From contig JBBPEB010000023.1 in assembly GCA_039096225.1 (NCBI GenBank), positions 310,001-374,000 of the forward strand: a DNA stretch of 64,000 nucleotides. Direction: 5' to 3'. Each line of letters starts with the position of its first letter. The stretch's first letter is position 1. Below, in pieces: positions 37,848 through 49,700 of this stretch. The DNA is from Blastocystis sp. Blastoise (lineage: Eukaryota; Protista; Bigyra: Opalinata). The position numbers and the translations under genes were made by a program. The notes below the pieces were generated by a model. It was not told the origin of the DNA. It did no database searches and saw only the letters and a program-made list of their open reading frames with translations.

Positions 37848-38364
37848 TTAATGTTTTAAATGAGATAAATCCATCCTAATATAATCTACACGGCTTTTAT
37901 TAATTTGAATAGAAGGAGTAACCCAAGTACCACGTCAAATCATTAAGAAAATTATTCAAAAACGGTAATTAAAAAAAAGAAAGAAATAGAAAAATAATTA
38001 AAGGATATAAGAACATTGTGTTCCTTGCCATTTAACATCTCCAAGACGTGCTTTACAGTTAGGACAATATATTTTGAATTCTACTTCATCAGAAACAGGA
38101 CACCATTTTGGAGGATCTTTAAGAAAATAAGATGTACACTCACGAACAATATGTTTATCCTTATATGACTTTTCTTTAGGAATTTCTTGTTGAAATTTTT
38201 CATGTCCTGTGCAATCATTCTCTGTGAAAAGTAATGCCCTACACATTTTGCAAGACATTACAGTAGTTAATTTAGTTTCTAATGATGATAAATAATTAAA
38301 ATAGAGATTTATCGAAGATTCAACGAGGAGTCATATATATACCATCTCTTGGCTGATCTTCCAT
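37848..38364 (-). CDS. Stand-alone YVH1/DUSP12-type zinc-binding domain protein, 125 aa
   Basis: Exons 38364-38343, 38278-38009 and 37933-37848 give CKMCRALLF...H...CTSYF...KIYCPNCKARLG..WQGTQCSCGTWVTPSIQINKSRVD. No phosphatase domain. Confidence 0.9.
37934..38008 (-). other. U12-type (minor spliceosome) AT-AC intron, 75 nt
   Basis: 5' end ATATCCTT; branch-like TTTTCTTAAT 8 nt before the terminal AC boundary; removal restores the conserved CSCG motif. Confidence 0.93.
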
Positions 38365-38681
38365 GATAATTATAAATAATTAATGAATAAATGAATAAGT
38401 ACTCACAAAAGAATATTTAAAAAATGTTTCAGAATTAAAACTTGTTTTCCATAATAAAGAACTGAATTTCCCAGGAATAGATAAAATGTCATGTGAGTAC
38501 TAAGAAAAAAGGATAAAGAAAAACCGTGGGAGACTTGGAGTATTAGAGTATAAAAAGAAAGATATTCAAGAAATTCTAAAAATCTTTCTTTAAACGAATT
38601 AAATTCCTAACTAAGCGGGTTTCTAAGTTTTGTTATCTGATTTTGTTTTAGTTGAGGACACTGTTAGATTAGATAATCGCC

Positions 38682-40234
38682 ATGGAAGAAGAAACTAAAC
38701 AAAATGAATCAAATAAAGTTGATAGATTCGGTTTTTATGTACGAGGAAAACCTAGAACACCGAATTCTGCTGAAATTCTTCAAGAGAATGAAAGATTACA
38801 GAAATGGAGAAAAATGATGGATAAATGGGATGAAACATGTAAAAATGAACCAGAATTAGTTGAAAAAAGAATTTTGAAAGGTATTCCAGATGCTCTTCGT
38901 GGTAGTGTTTGGTCTTTATTACTTCATCTCAAAGAGGTCAAAGAGATTTATCCAAATCATTATAGTAATTTATTAAAGCGTGTAGAGATTGAGCCTAAGA
39001 ATGATATTACATGTGAAGGAGGTGTTATTGATCGTGATTTAGGAAGAACATTCCCGACACAAGAAGATTTTGCTAAAAATGGTGGTTTTACTCAAAAATC
39101 ATTAAGAAATGTCCTTATGGCTTATGCTATTCATGATACCAAAGTATATTATTTTATTTATTATATATAAAATATAGTTTTATTGATTCATCGTTGTTAG
39201 ATTCTAATTTTTTTTATCAATTTTTTTAATCATTTTTTTATATTGTTATTATAACTAATTAATTGCTCCATTAATTATTATATATGTATATATATATATA
39301 ATTATCAATCATTCTATAAAGGTTCAATATTGTCAAGGAATGAATTATTTAGTAGGTTTATTTTTATGTTACATGACTGAGGAAGATTCTTTTTGGACAT
39401 TAGTACAATTAATGGATAATTATCCGTACGAAATGTCACCTTATTTTGAAGCAGGATTTCCATCTTATTATATGATTATTAATGCTGTATATATATATAT
39501 AAATAGAAATATATTTATATTTTTATTGTTATATATATATATATATATTATATTAATTACTCTTATATATATATAGTTTTCAATATATCTTGAAAGATAT
39601 GTACCTCACGTATTTAAGAAAATTGAGGAATTTATTCCTGTACTTCAATTCCTTATTATGAGTGTATATATATTATTATTATTATGTTTATTATTATGTG
39701 TTATTATGTTTATTATTACGTTTATTATTATGTTTATTATTATGTGTTATTATGTTTAATATTATGTTTAATATTATGTTTATTATTATGTTTAATATTA
39801 TTCCCTATTATATATAGTGGTTTACTACAGTATTTTCTTATTCTTTCCCCTTTGATATTGTCTCTCATGTTTGGGATATATTCATATATAAGGGATGGAC
39901 TATCGTTATACAAGTTGTACTAGCTATTTTCAAATTATATGATAGTATATATGTTTATTTATTATGTTTATTATTATGTTTATTATTAACCAAATTATTA
40001 TTATTATTATTATTATTACATGACTACCTATATATTCATATATACATATTTATAGAAGAAATTATAGCTGCTGACGACGAAGAACTTCGTGATTTACTTC
40101 GTACAATTCCTGAAAGACAAGATTTACCATCTGCAAATACTTTGATTCAAAAGGCACTTGCGTATAATGTAACTAATGAAGAAATAAAAACTATTAATAA
40201 TCAATATATTATTCATAATAGACTTCGACATTAA
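38682..40234 (+). CDS. TBC-domain Rab GTPase-activating protein; 4 introns
   Basis: DRFGF, KGIPDALRGSVW, Arg finger IDRDLGRTF, Gln finger YCQGM, EEDSFW, WFTTVF, HVWDIF. Confidence 0.93.
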
Positions 40235-40921
40235 ATATAATCTACGTATATTCTCAATTTCGTTGTTTTCTTTCTTTACATATATATATTCAAAATATTA
40301 CTTTTTTACATTTCTTTTATTTTAAAAGTCGATATATTATTGTTTTCTTTTCCTATGTTCTTTACTTCTATTCTAGATTATCATTCTTTTTCTGTAATTA
40401 CTTTTTTTTACATTCAATATTTGTTGATTTATTCCTTTTTTTAAATCTAACTCCATATTTAAATGACACGACCATCACAAGTCATTTTCCACTCATCTAA
40501 ATGATACCTCTATCAATCAGTTAACAGAGTAACTTATTTTCTTAACCAGATTCCATCTGACAATTGAATAAATTACTCAAAAGGAAACATTATTGAATTC
40601 ATCTCTTTGTCAACTCTATAAAAGTTAAACTCAATAACCATAGTATCCAAAATTTTAAAAAAACACTCAATGATGCCGTTCTGTTATCTTCAATTCAAGT
40701 ATAATAATCTATTATCAACACATTCTATTGAAATAACAACAACATACACAAATCTGAAAATTTCATTATTTTATATATATTATATACCATCTTAAATAAA
40801 TAAACAATTAAAAATAAACAAAAAAGTGGCTAAATTTTTGTTTTGGGGTAAACTTTATTTCTTTCAAATTTTCTTGCTCCTAGTGAGTATTTCATTTACC
40901 CCTTAACGTTTTCTCATCATA

Positions 40922-43203
40922 ATGAATCGTATTCTTGCTTTCAGATCTATCACATTCCATCGTATCCCAATTCGTTATGGTAATTCTATAATAAAACCAT
41001 TCACTTCATGCTTAACAACATGTTCTGCGCAAATTTATAGATCATTGTATGTTAACTATTATTTCACATTACTTTTTTTATATATTTTTTTCTTTTTATT
41101 ATATAGTACATCTCAGTTTCGATCAGATATGATGAACAATGAGTATCCAACAAATATTACAATGACTGAATCAGTTGAAAGAGCTTCTATGTATTTCATA
41201 TACGTTATTTATCATTAATTATTGTTAACTACATTTTAAATATGATATAGAAACTCAACAAAAGTTATAGGAACTAGTCTTTTTAGTCAAATCCTGAAAT
41301 TAACTAATGATAATTCCAAGAATCCTGGAAAAATACCTACACTAAACACCAAACTGAAAGAATATGTTTCTTCGAATGAGTTAATGAATAGAGCACAGTA
41401 AATATTTATATAAGTTATATCTATGTTTATATAAAATATATCTATTTTTATATAAGTTATATCTATGTTTATATACAATTTTTATATAGATATGAAAAAT
41501 TATTATCGGTCCTTGCAGAGAATCATCTTGGATATCATGCTTATTCGTTACTATTGAAATTACAGAAGAATCATGATACAATTGTTCCTTCTCTCTATCG
41601 ATATACATTGAGTGTTTGTTGTTATAATAGTTTATGTCTTCATGATGCATTAGAAATTATATCTATGATGAAGAAAAATGATATTCAATTAACACGATGT
41701 GATTATGAAGGTTTAATTACATTATATATACGTAATGATAAAATGAATGATGCATTATCTTTATTACAAAAGATGAAAAGTGAATGTATATTACCTTCTA
41801 TATGGACTTATAATATACTTCTTGGAGGATTAAAAGATAGAGGTGATATGATTACATCTTTAAAATTATTTCAAGAAATTCAAGAAAGACATTTAATTCC
41901 TGATGATGTCACGTGCAATACGTTAATTCGTACATTTGGGAAAACGAATAATACGAATTGTATACCTCCTTTTTTATCTCAAATGAAAGAGAATGGTATT
42001 AATTGTAATGTAGGTACTTATTCATCTTTAACTTGGGTATATGGAAGAGAAGGGAATATAGAACAATGTAATTATTATTTAAATGAATTAATGAATGATA
42101 AATTATATCCTAATATTGATATAATGAATAATATTATGAAAGCATATTCTATACAAAGAGATATTAATGGAGTATTAAAAGTCGTAAATGATATTCATTC
42201 AAAAGGTTTAGAACCAAATGTATAGACATAATATTATTATTTGATATTGTATTTATTATACTTATTTTTATTTGATATTGTATTTATTATATTTTTTATT
42301 ATACTTATTATTTGATATTGTATTTATAACACTTATTACTATTTGATATTGTATTTATAACACTTATTATACTTATTATTATTATCATTTATTATAATTA
42401 TTATTGATAACAAAACATATATATCTATATAGATTACAACTTATACGAATATTGCTTTAACATATATATCACATAATAATTATATAAAATGTTTTGAATC
42501 TATTGAAACAGCTATTCAGAAAAATATTACTCATAATTATGTCTCCAAAGGATATTTCTGTATCTATATATAGTTATAAAATTAATTATTATCCTTTATA
42601 ACTAATTTATTTTTGTAATAGTTATATAATAAAATAGTATTATAATTTTATTTGGTTTTTTTAAATATTTTTTTTATGAATATATATTGTTTTATTATAT
42701 TATATAGTGAATCTAAAAGGATATACTGTTCCATTTGCTATTCTTGCTTTACATTCAATATCCTTATATATATATATATAATACAAAAAAAAATTATTAT
42801 TTAATGATTTTATATTTTATATATAAAAATATTAAATATTCATTAGTATAACAATCATATATATATTTTCCTTAATCTATTTGTTTACTATTTATTTAGT
42901 CTTGCAAAAGAACGTTCGTACAATCGACGCGTACCTCATACGTTAACAATCGATGTAGGTAAAGGAACAAATTATAATCGAAAGACTATCAATGAATCTG
43001 TTAAAACTTATTTAAAATCATTATCTCCACCTATTTCATTTAGTATTTCAAAAAGTACATTATTCTTAGATTCTCAATCTTTTTTAAGATGGATTAATAG
43101 TACTTCTTTACGTTGTATTGCTTCTTATTCTACTAATTCTACTTTTATTCCTTATTTACCTTCATCAGTTAAATATGAATTATTACAAATACAAAAGGAA
43201 TAA
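40922..43203 (+). CDS. PPR-SMR protein with probable mitochondrial/MRO targeting peptide; 6 introns
   Basis: N-terminus rich in Arg, Ser and Thr with no acidic residues; 35-aa PPR repeats (PSIWTYNILL, PDDVTCNTLI, PNIDIMNNIM); C-terminal LNLKGYTVPFA...LTIDVGKG, an Smr-like signature. Confidence 0.85.
42758..42888 (+). other. U12-type (minor spliceosome) AT-AC intron, 131 nt
   Basis: 5' end ATATCCTT; branch site TTTTCCTTAAT at 42866-42876; ends TTTAC; phase-0 removal joins LHS|YLFSL in frame. Confidence 0.92.
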
Positions 43204-43476
43204 GAGTAATATATATATTACTTTTTATTATTTATTATATATATATATTTTAAATCTATATTTATATTCATATATGTTGGGTTTATTATTGTTGTTTATA
43301 TATGTTTCTATTTGTATTCTGTTTATGTAGTTTGTTGATGTCTTTAATGATTTAAAAATGAATAATAAAATAAAATATATAGAAACGAATACTAAAAAAA
43401 AATCACAAAAAAAAATAGTAACTTTAGAAATAACATACAATAACAGATAAAACAAGTAAATAAAATATATATTTGT

Positions 43477-44526
43477 TTAATTCTTTGATTCATTTTGTTT
43501 CTTTAATTGACCTTCAATAGCTTGACAAGTAGCCTAAAGAATAATAATAGTATTATAATTCATGAATAAAGAGAATCAAAATAATAATTAAATTATAAAT
43601 ATAATAATAATATACATCAATTTGATAATTCTTAAAAATAAGTTCATTATATTCATAATTTAATTTTCGAATTTTTTCATAATTTACTTCTTGTTCTGAT
43701 TTCCTTTTCTTATTAATTTGTTCAATTGTCGATTTTATCTCTTGATTCTTATCTTCATAACTATAAAATACAAATTTATAAATATTTTTATTAAAATAAT
43801 ATATATTAATAATCATAAACAAATTATTATATTATTATTATTATTTATATATAATTACCATTGTTGAAGACATTCTAATTCATCATTATGTCTTCTCCAA
43901 GCATTCTTACCAAATTTTTCTAATAATTGTAAATTTATAATTCTAAAAAAAAAATAGATATTATAAGATATTTATTAAAATTATAAATAATAATAATAAT
44001 ACCATAATAATAATAATAATAATATAATAATAATAAATAATAATAATAATATAATAACATCATAATAATAATAAAATATTACTTTGATTTTTGTTGTTCT
44101 AATTGAGCTTGAGCATTTTCAACTGAACCTCTCCAACTTTCAGGATCATTCTGTTCTTCAGATGATGGTGGACTTACTTTATATCTAGAAATATCTAATG
44201 GAGCCATTGGTTTACCTGCCTTCATACGAGTAAATTCATTCTAAAACAATATATAATAATAATAATCATATTAACAATAAATATAATTTAAAAAAAGTAA
44301 ATGAATAAATTAAATATACTTGCATTATAATATCATTTTCAAATTTATAATCAGGCATATCTAATTCATTTAAATAATCTTTAGGAATAAACATTTGCAT
44401 TTCTTCAGCAATCATGTCATCAACCTTATCTTGCATTCCAGGTTCTTCTAATTCTCTATCAATATAAGGAAGAGCATCAAGGTTTACAGTACTAGATATC
44501 TTATCAACAAGAAAAGTCTTCTGCAT
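43477..44526 (-). CDS. SPF27: Pre-mRNA splicing factor SPF27/BCAS2 (NineTeen complex); 4 introns
   Basis: LDALPYIDRE..IAEEM, LDISRY, W..SVENAQAQLEQQ..KIINLQLLEKFGKNAWRRHN, IEQINKKRKSEQ, KNYQID. Confidence 0.93.
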
Positions 44527-44699
44527 TATAAATAATAAAAACGACTAAAATATTAAACGATTTTTAAAAGAAGAAATTCTATTAGATTATAAACAAGAGA
44601 ATTTCTTCTTCTTAACAGTAAACACGAAATATATTCATAGAAAAACTTATTATTATTTTAAATCTATAAATATCGTTGGTTTTACATATTTCAACACTA
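44527..44699. promoter_or_regulatory. Compact bidirectional promoter region (173 bp) containing a 13-bp inverted repeat
   Basis: Lies between divergent ATGs at 44526 and 44700; AAGAAGAAATTCT (44568-44580) and AGAATTTCTTCTT (44598-44610). Confidence 0.55.
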
Positions 44700-45836
44700 A
44701 TGACAGAACATTACGAGCTATCATTATCCAAATTATATTATAAGTTGTGTGAAAATCTTGTACCTCTAATGAATTATGCAATGTATGATTGCTTTGGAGG
44801 ACCTCATTGTATTCCATTGAATTGGGTTATCAACTCACAAAAGTGTGGAACTTTCTTTTTTGTTTTATTCTTGATGATTTACTTTCAAAACTTCTCTCTT
44901 ACAATGTGGGTCTATTTAGCGTTACATGGAACTTATGGAATGATATGGTTTTTTAAGGATACAGTATTTCCAGATAAAGGATTTCAACAGATGTGTACAA
45001 TCGGATCAGCAATAGCTTGCTATGTGATTATTTTATTACCTTATTGGGTTTCTCCAGTTTTAATCGCTTCTGGATATACGCAACAACCTCCTTATATATT
45101 AATATGGTTTGCTATTACTCTTCATACATTAGGAGTAATGATTATGATGGTCTCTGGTATATATATATATATATTATATTATATTTATTCAATATAAATA
45201 TACTATTATTAATATATATATTATGTATTATTTTTTTAAATATTATACATTTATTTATTTTATTATTTATTAAATATATTTATTTATTAAATATAAATAA
45301 TGATTATAATAATTTTTTGTTGTTATTTTCAATAAGTTTTATATATATATATATATATATATATTAGATGCTCAAAAATATTATGTTCTTAAAATAAAGA
45401 AAGGTTTAATTACTGATGGAATGTTTAGATATGTTCGTCATCCTAATTATACTGGTGAAATGATGATATATTTCAGTTATGCAGTTCTTTCTATGGTAAA
45501 TATATATATATTTATATTTATTTATTTACACAATAATTATATATTTATTTATACAATAATTATATTTTATTAGTATAATTATATTTTATTAGTATAATTA
45601 TATTTTATTTATACAATAATTATATTTTATTTATAGCATCCGCTTCCATTCTTGATCTTACTTTATGTATGGAGTATTGTTTTTGCTACTCGTATTGTAT
45701 ATAAAGAACAATCAATGTCTAGACATAAAGAATGGAACTCTTATGTTGCAGAAACAAATTATCTTTTACCTATTAAGGTTATAGAGCATTTCTACAGAGA
45801 TCTTCATATAAAATATATATAATTTTCAAACAATAA
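44700..45836 (+). CDS. DUF1295 / steroid 5-alpha-reductase-like membrane protein; 2 introns
   Basis: VYLALHGTYG..W..KD..FPD, SDAQKYYVLK, GLITDGMFRYVRHPNYTGEMMIY, KEQSMSRH.EW. Confidence 0.85.
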
Positions 45837-46243
45837 CTGTCTTGTAATGTAAATATCAATATTTCTAATTCAGTATCTATTTTATATCGTAATTTGCACT
45901 TTATTATTTTAATATTAAGATTTATACACAACCCATTATTATTTAAAAAAAAATGAAAATACAAAATCTATTAAAAGAACCACCTCACTAACTCTTCTCA
46001 AGTCATACCTATTTTAGCCACTATTCAAATTATTAGAAAACGTAATTGATGAAATCATGACACGGCTATTTTTATTTTGTATTTTAAATTTACATCCATA
46101 TCTAAATGTTACAAATTAGTACATCACTAACCCTTTATAACTTCATTACTAAAACACTAAATCCTCAATCTCATTAATAAAAGCAAGCGAACGAGATTAA
46201 TATTTTTAACCACTCACCTTCTAAGAATGAAGAAAGTATGGAT

Positions 46244-46312
46244 TACTAATATTCCCGTAAAAAAACACTGATGTAGTCAGTTATCAGTGTGTTTCTCTTG
46301 GGAATATTAGTA
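46244..46312. repeat. Intergenic inverted repeat / ~70-nt hairpin
   Basis: TACTAATATTCCC pairs with GGGAATATTAGTA (13 bp); ACACTGAT pairs with ATCAGTGT (8 bp); 10-nt loop. Confidence 0.8.
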
Positions 46313-46754
46313 GTTGTATCTAAGCCAATCATTTCTTGACCATTTTCTTTTGATGACACACCATAAACACAAATTGTCTAAATGCGGCAGAAATGCCGAA
46401 ACAACCGACATGCTGTTTCTAACAAAAATGGATTTCTTCTATTTAAGGGTATATATCTTCTGAAAAGACCCAAATACAATTCAATTATAGCAGACGCCTT
46501 CCATGTTGGTGTTTTCTCATTCTTCCATTTTTTATGGAATTTTATCACTTTTTTAAGGGTAATGTTTGATTGCTAGAATGAGGCAGAGCGTGTCATCCGA
46601 AGAGTGTTTCTTTTGATTTCGTCTTTGGTGGTTAAAGTTTCTGGAAAAACCTAATCTTTTTGGATTGCAGGTTATCCTGTTTTTCTTTTTTCGAAGGGTA
46701 CATTTAGGAATTTTTTTTTCTTTTTGTGAATAAAGTAATTTTCATTTAACTCAA

Positions 46755-49700
46755 ATGAATCATTTATTCCTTTTATTTATTGCACTTATATCATGTATGA
46801 ATAGTATTTATAATATCAATATTGAATTTTTAGGTGCATCTGCAATTACTTGCACAACAAACCAAGTCGCTGTAACTATTCGTAGAGTTTATGGTGGTAA
46901 TGCTATGGAAGAAAAGTTATCTATTTATCAAGGTACTTCTGCTACTGGTACTCTTTTAGAAACCATTGATGGTAATGGAATGGCTAATAAGATTGTTACT
47001 AAAGAATATTGTTTCGCTAGCTCTATTCACACTTTAGTTGCTGTTGATGGGTACATAGATTTATTGTTTTTAATGTTATTTTATATTATTTTTTTATTAT
47101 TTTTATATTTTTATTATTTCTATAATAAAATTTATAATATTGTCTACTTAGTGCTGGTTCTGGTTGGTCTTCTGGTTCTGAAGTTTTCGTTATTATTGAC
47201 GGTATTATTATTCTTAGAGAAAACCTTAATAGAGGTGAAATTGCTGAATGGACTTTTACTCGTATGTAATACTAATTATTATTATTTCTAAATATTCTTT
47301 TAATAATTATTTTATTATTATTTTTAAATTTTTGTTTTAATAATATTAATATTCTTATTATTATATACCAACTTATTCCAATTGTCACTCTATAATATAA
47401 TAAAATAAAACTCCTTTATATATATATAGCTACTTATTCTGTAAAGAAGGGTAGTTCTTGGAAATATACTGCTACTGCTCAAGTAGGTAATACTTGGACT
47501 ACTGCTGCTTTTTCAGATGCTACTTGGACTCCTTATAGTAATGGTACTTTCCCTGTAACTGTAGCTGGAACTGCTAGATATTATCGTACTACTGCTGTTC
47601 TTCCTACTGATTTAACTAATTATGCTACTTTTGAATTAGGTATTAATGCTAAGGAAGGTATTGTTGTCTATATTAATGGTATTGAATTATTTAGAAGAAA
47701 TATTGCTGATGCTACAGTTGTTGCTTCAAATACTCTTGCTACTGGTGAAGATACTACTTATGCTTATAGAAGAATTACTCATTCTATTAAGAAATATCTT
47801 ACTGGAGTTACTCAAGCTGTTATTGCTGTTGAAGTCCATCCTGCTGCTACTACTATTCCTGGAGTTGATTCTTTTGATGGTTTCTTTATTCCTATTTATG
47901 GTTCTTGCTCTAAACGTACTCATTCTGGTGTTGCTTCTAGTGTACCTACTATGACAGGTACCGAATCTGCTGCTTCTGCCTTTGATAATAACAGAGATAC
48001 TAAATGGTTTGCAAATCCTATGCCTGTTTCTCTTACTTATCAATTTGATGATGGTAGACGTGAATGGATTAGTAAATATGAAATTATTTCTGCTAATGAT
48101 GCTGCAGGAAGAGATCCTCAAGATTTCACTGTTTCTGGTTCTAATGATAATGGTGTTACTTGGGATTTATTAGATATTAATGCTGCTGTTACTTATACAG
48201 GTAGAAAAGAATCCAAGATGTTCTTAATTCCTTCTAATGCTAGAGCTTATAATATGTATAAAATTGATGTTACTTCTCTTAAGGATTCTGCTCAAACTGG
48301 TTGTCAATTTGCTGAAGTTGAATTTTATGCTTGTAATACTGATATTATTACTGGATTTGTTTATGAACAAGCTTCTTATACTTGGTATGCTGGAGTTGAT
48401 ACTGTTTATTTATCTCCTCATTCTTCTGGTTTAAAGACTTTTGCTCTTACTTCTCCTGCTACTCTTCCTGCTGGTCTCACTTTCAATCCTACTACAGGTG
48501 AAATCTATGGTACTCCTACTGTTGCTTATACTGGTGCTTTTGTTATTACTGCTGTTGATGCTATTACCAATCAACCTCTTACTTGTACTCTTACTATTTC
48601 TATTCTTACTTGCGAAGGTACTGGATTTATGAAACTTAAAGTCACTAAAACTTCTGGTGGTCAAACTCCTTGGTCTGAATTATATCAACTTATTAATGCT
48701 GCTGGACAAACTGTTCTTGATGGTATCAGTTTAGAAGGTGTTACTATGGTTCATAATATATGTGTTCCTGCTGGTATATACACTCTTAAACTTGTTGATA
48801 CTGATTCTTCTGGTTGGCATTCTGCTTCTTTAATTACTATTGATACTATTACTAATGTTGATACTTATACTATTATTAGAGATACTTTAGTTTCTGGTTA
48901 TACTTCTTCTGCTACTCTTAATCTTCAATATCTTATTGCTTATAATGATGCTACTACTATGTGTAACATTCAAGCTGCTGCTGCTCCTGCTGCTAATTGG
49001 TATACTACTGCTTTTGTTGCTGATGCTAATTGGACTCCTTGTCTTGCTCTTGCTGCTAGACCTACTTCTCAATATCGTGTTCATTATTTTAGAAATACTT
49101 TCAATGTCTTATCAAAGACTAATATGAATACTATTGAATTCCGTTTAGCTTCTGCTGAAGGTACTGTCATTTATCTTAATGGTCAAGAAGTATATCGTTA
49201 TGGACTTCCTGCTGGTGATGTCACTCCTGCTACTGTTCCTACTACTGAAACTTTAACTCTTAATTCTAGATCTATTACTATTGATCTCTCTAAAGTTATT
49301 GTTGGTCAAAATGTAATTGCTATAGCTTATGCTTTCCCTGCTGCTGCCACTCTTCCTATTACTGTTAATTTCAACTACAATGTTCGTCTTGTTGGTGCTT
49401 CTAATATTCACTCTCGTACTTGGGGTATGACTGCCGAAGGTCCTTCTAGAGGTACTTCTGAAAGTGTGTCTACTCTTATTGATGGTAAATGGTATACTCG
49501 TTGGTTCTATAGAATAGTTGATGGTATTAATTTTGATCCTATTACTATTAAATTATCTTATTCTAATGCTGCTCGTTATGAATATTCTAATAAGTATTGT
49601 CTTATTACTGCTTATGATAGTGCTAATGCTGATCCTACTGATTGGACTCTTCAAGGTTGTAATGGTGAAACTTGTACTCTTCTTGATACTGAAGCTAATG

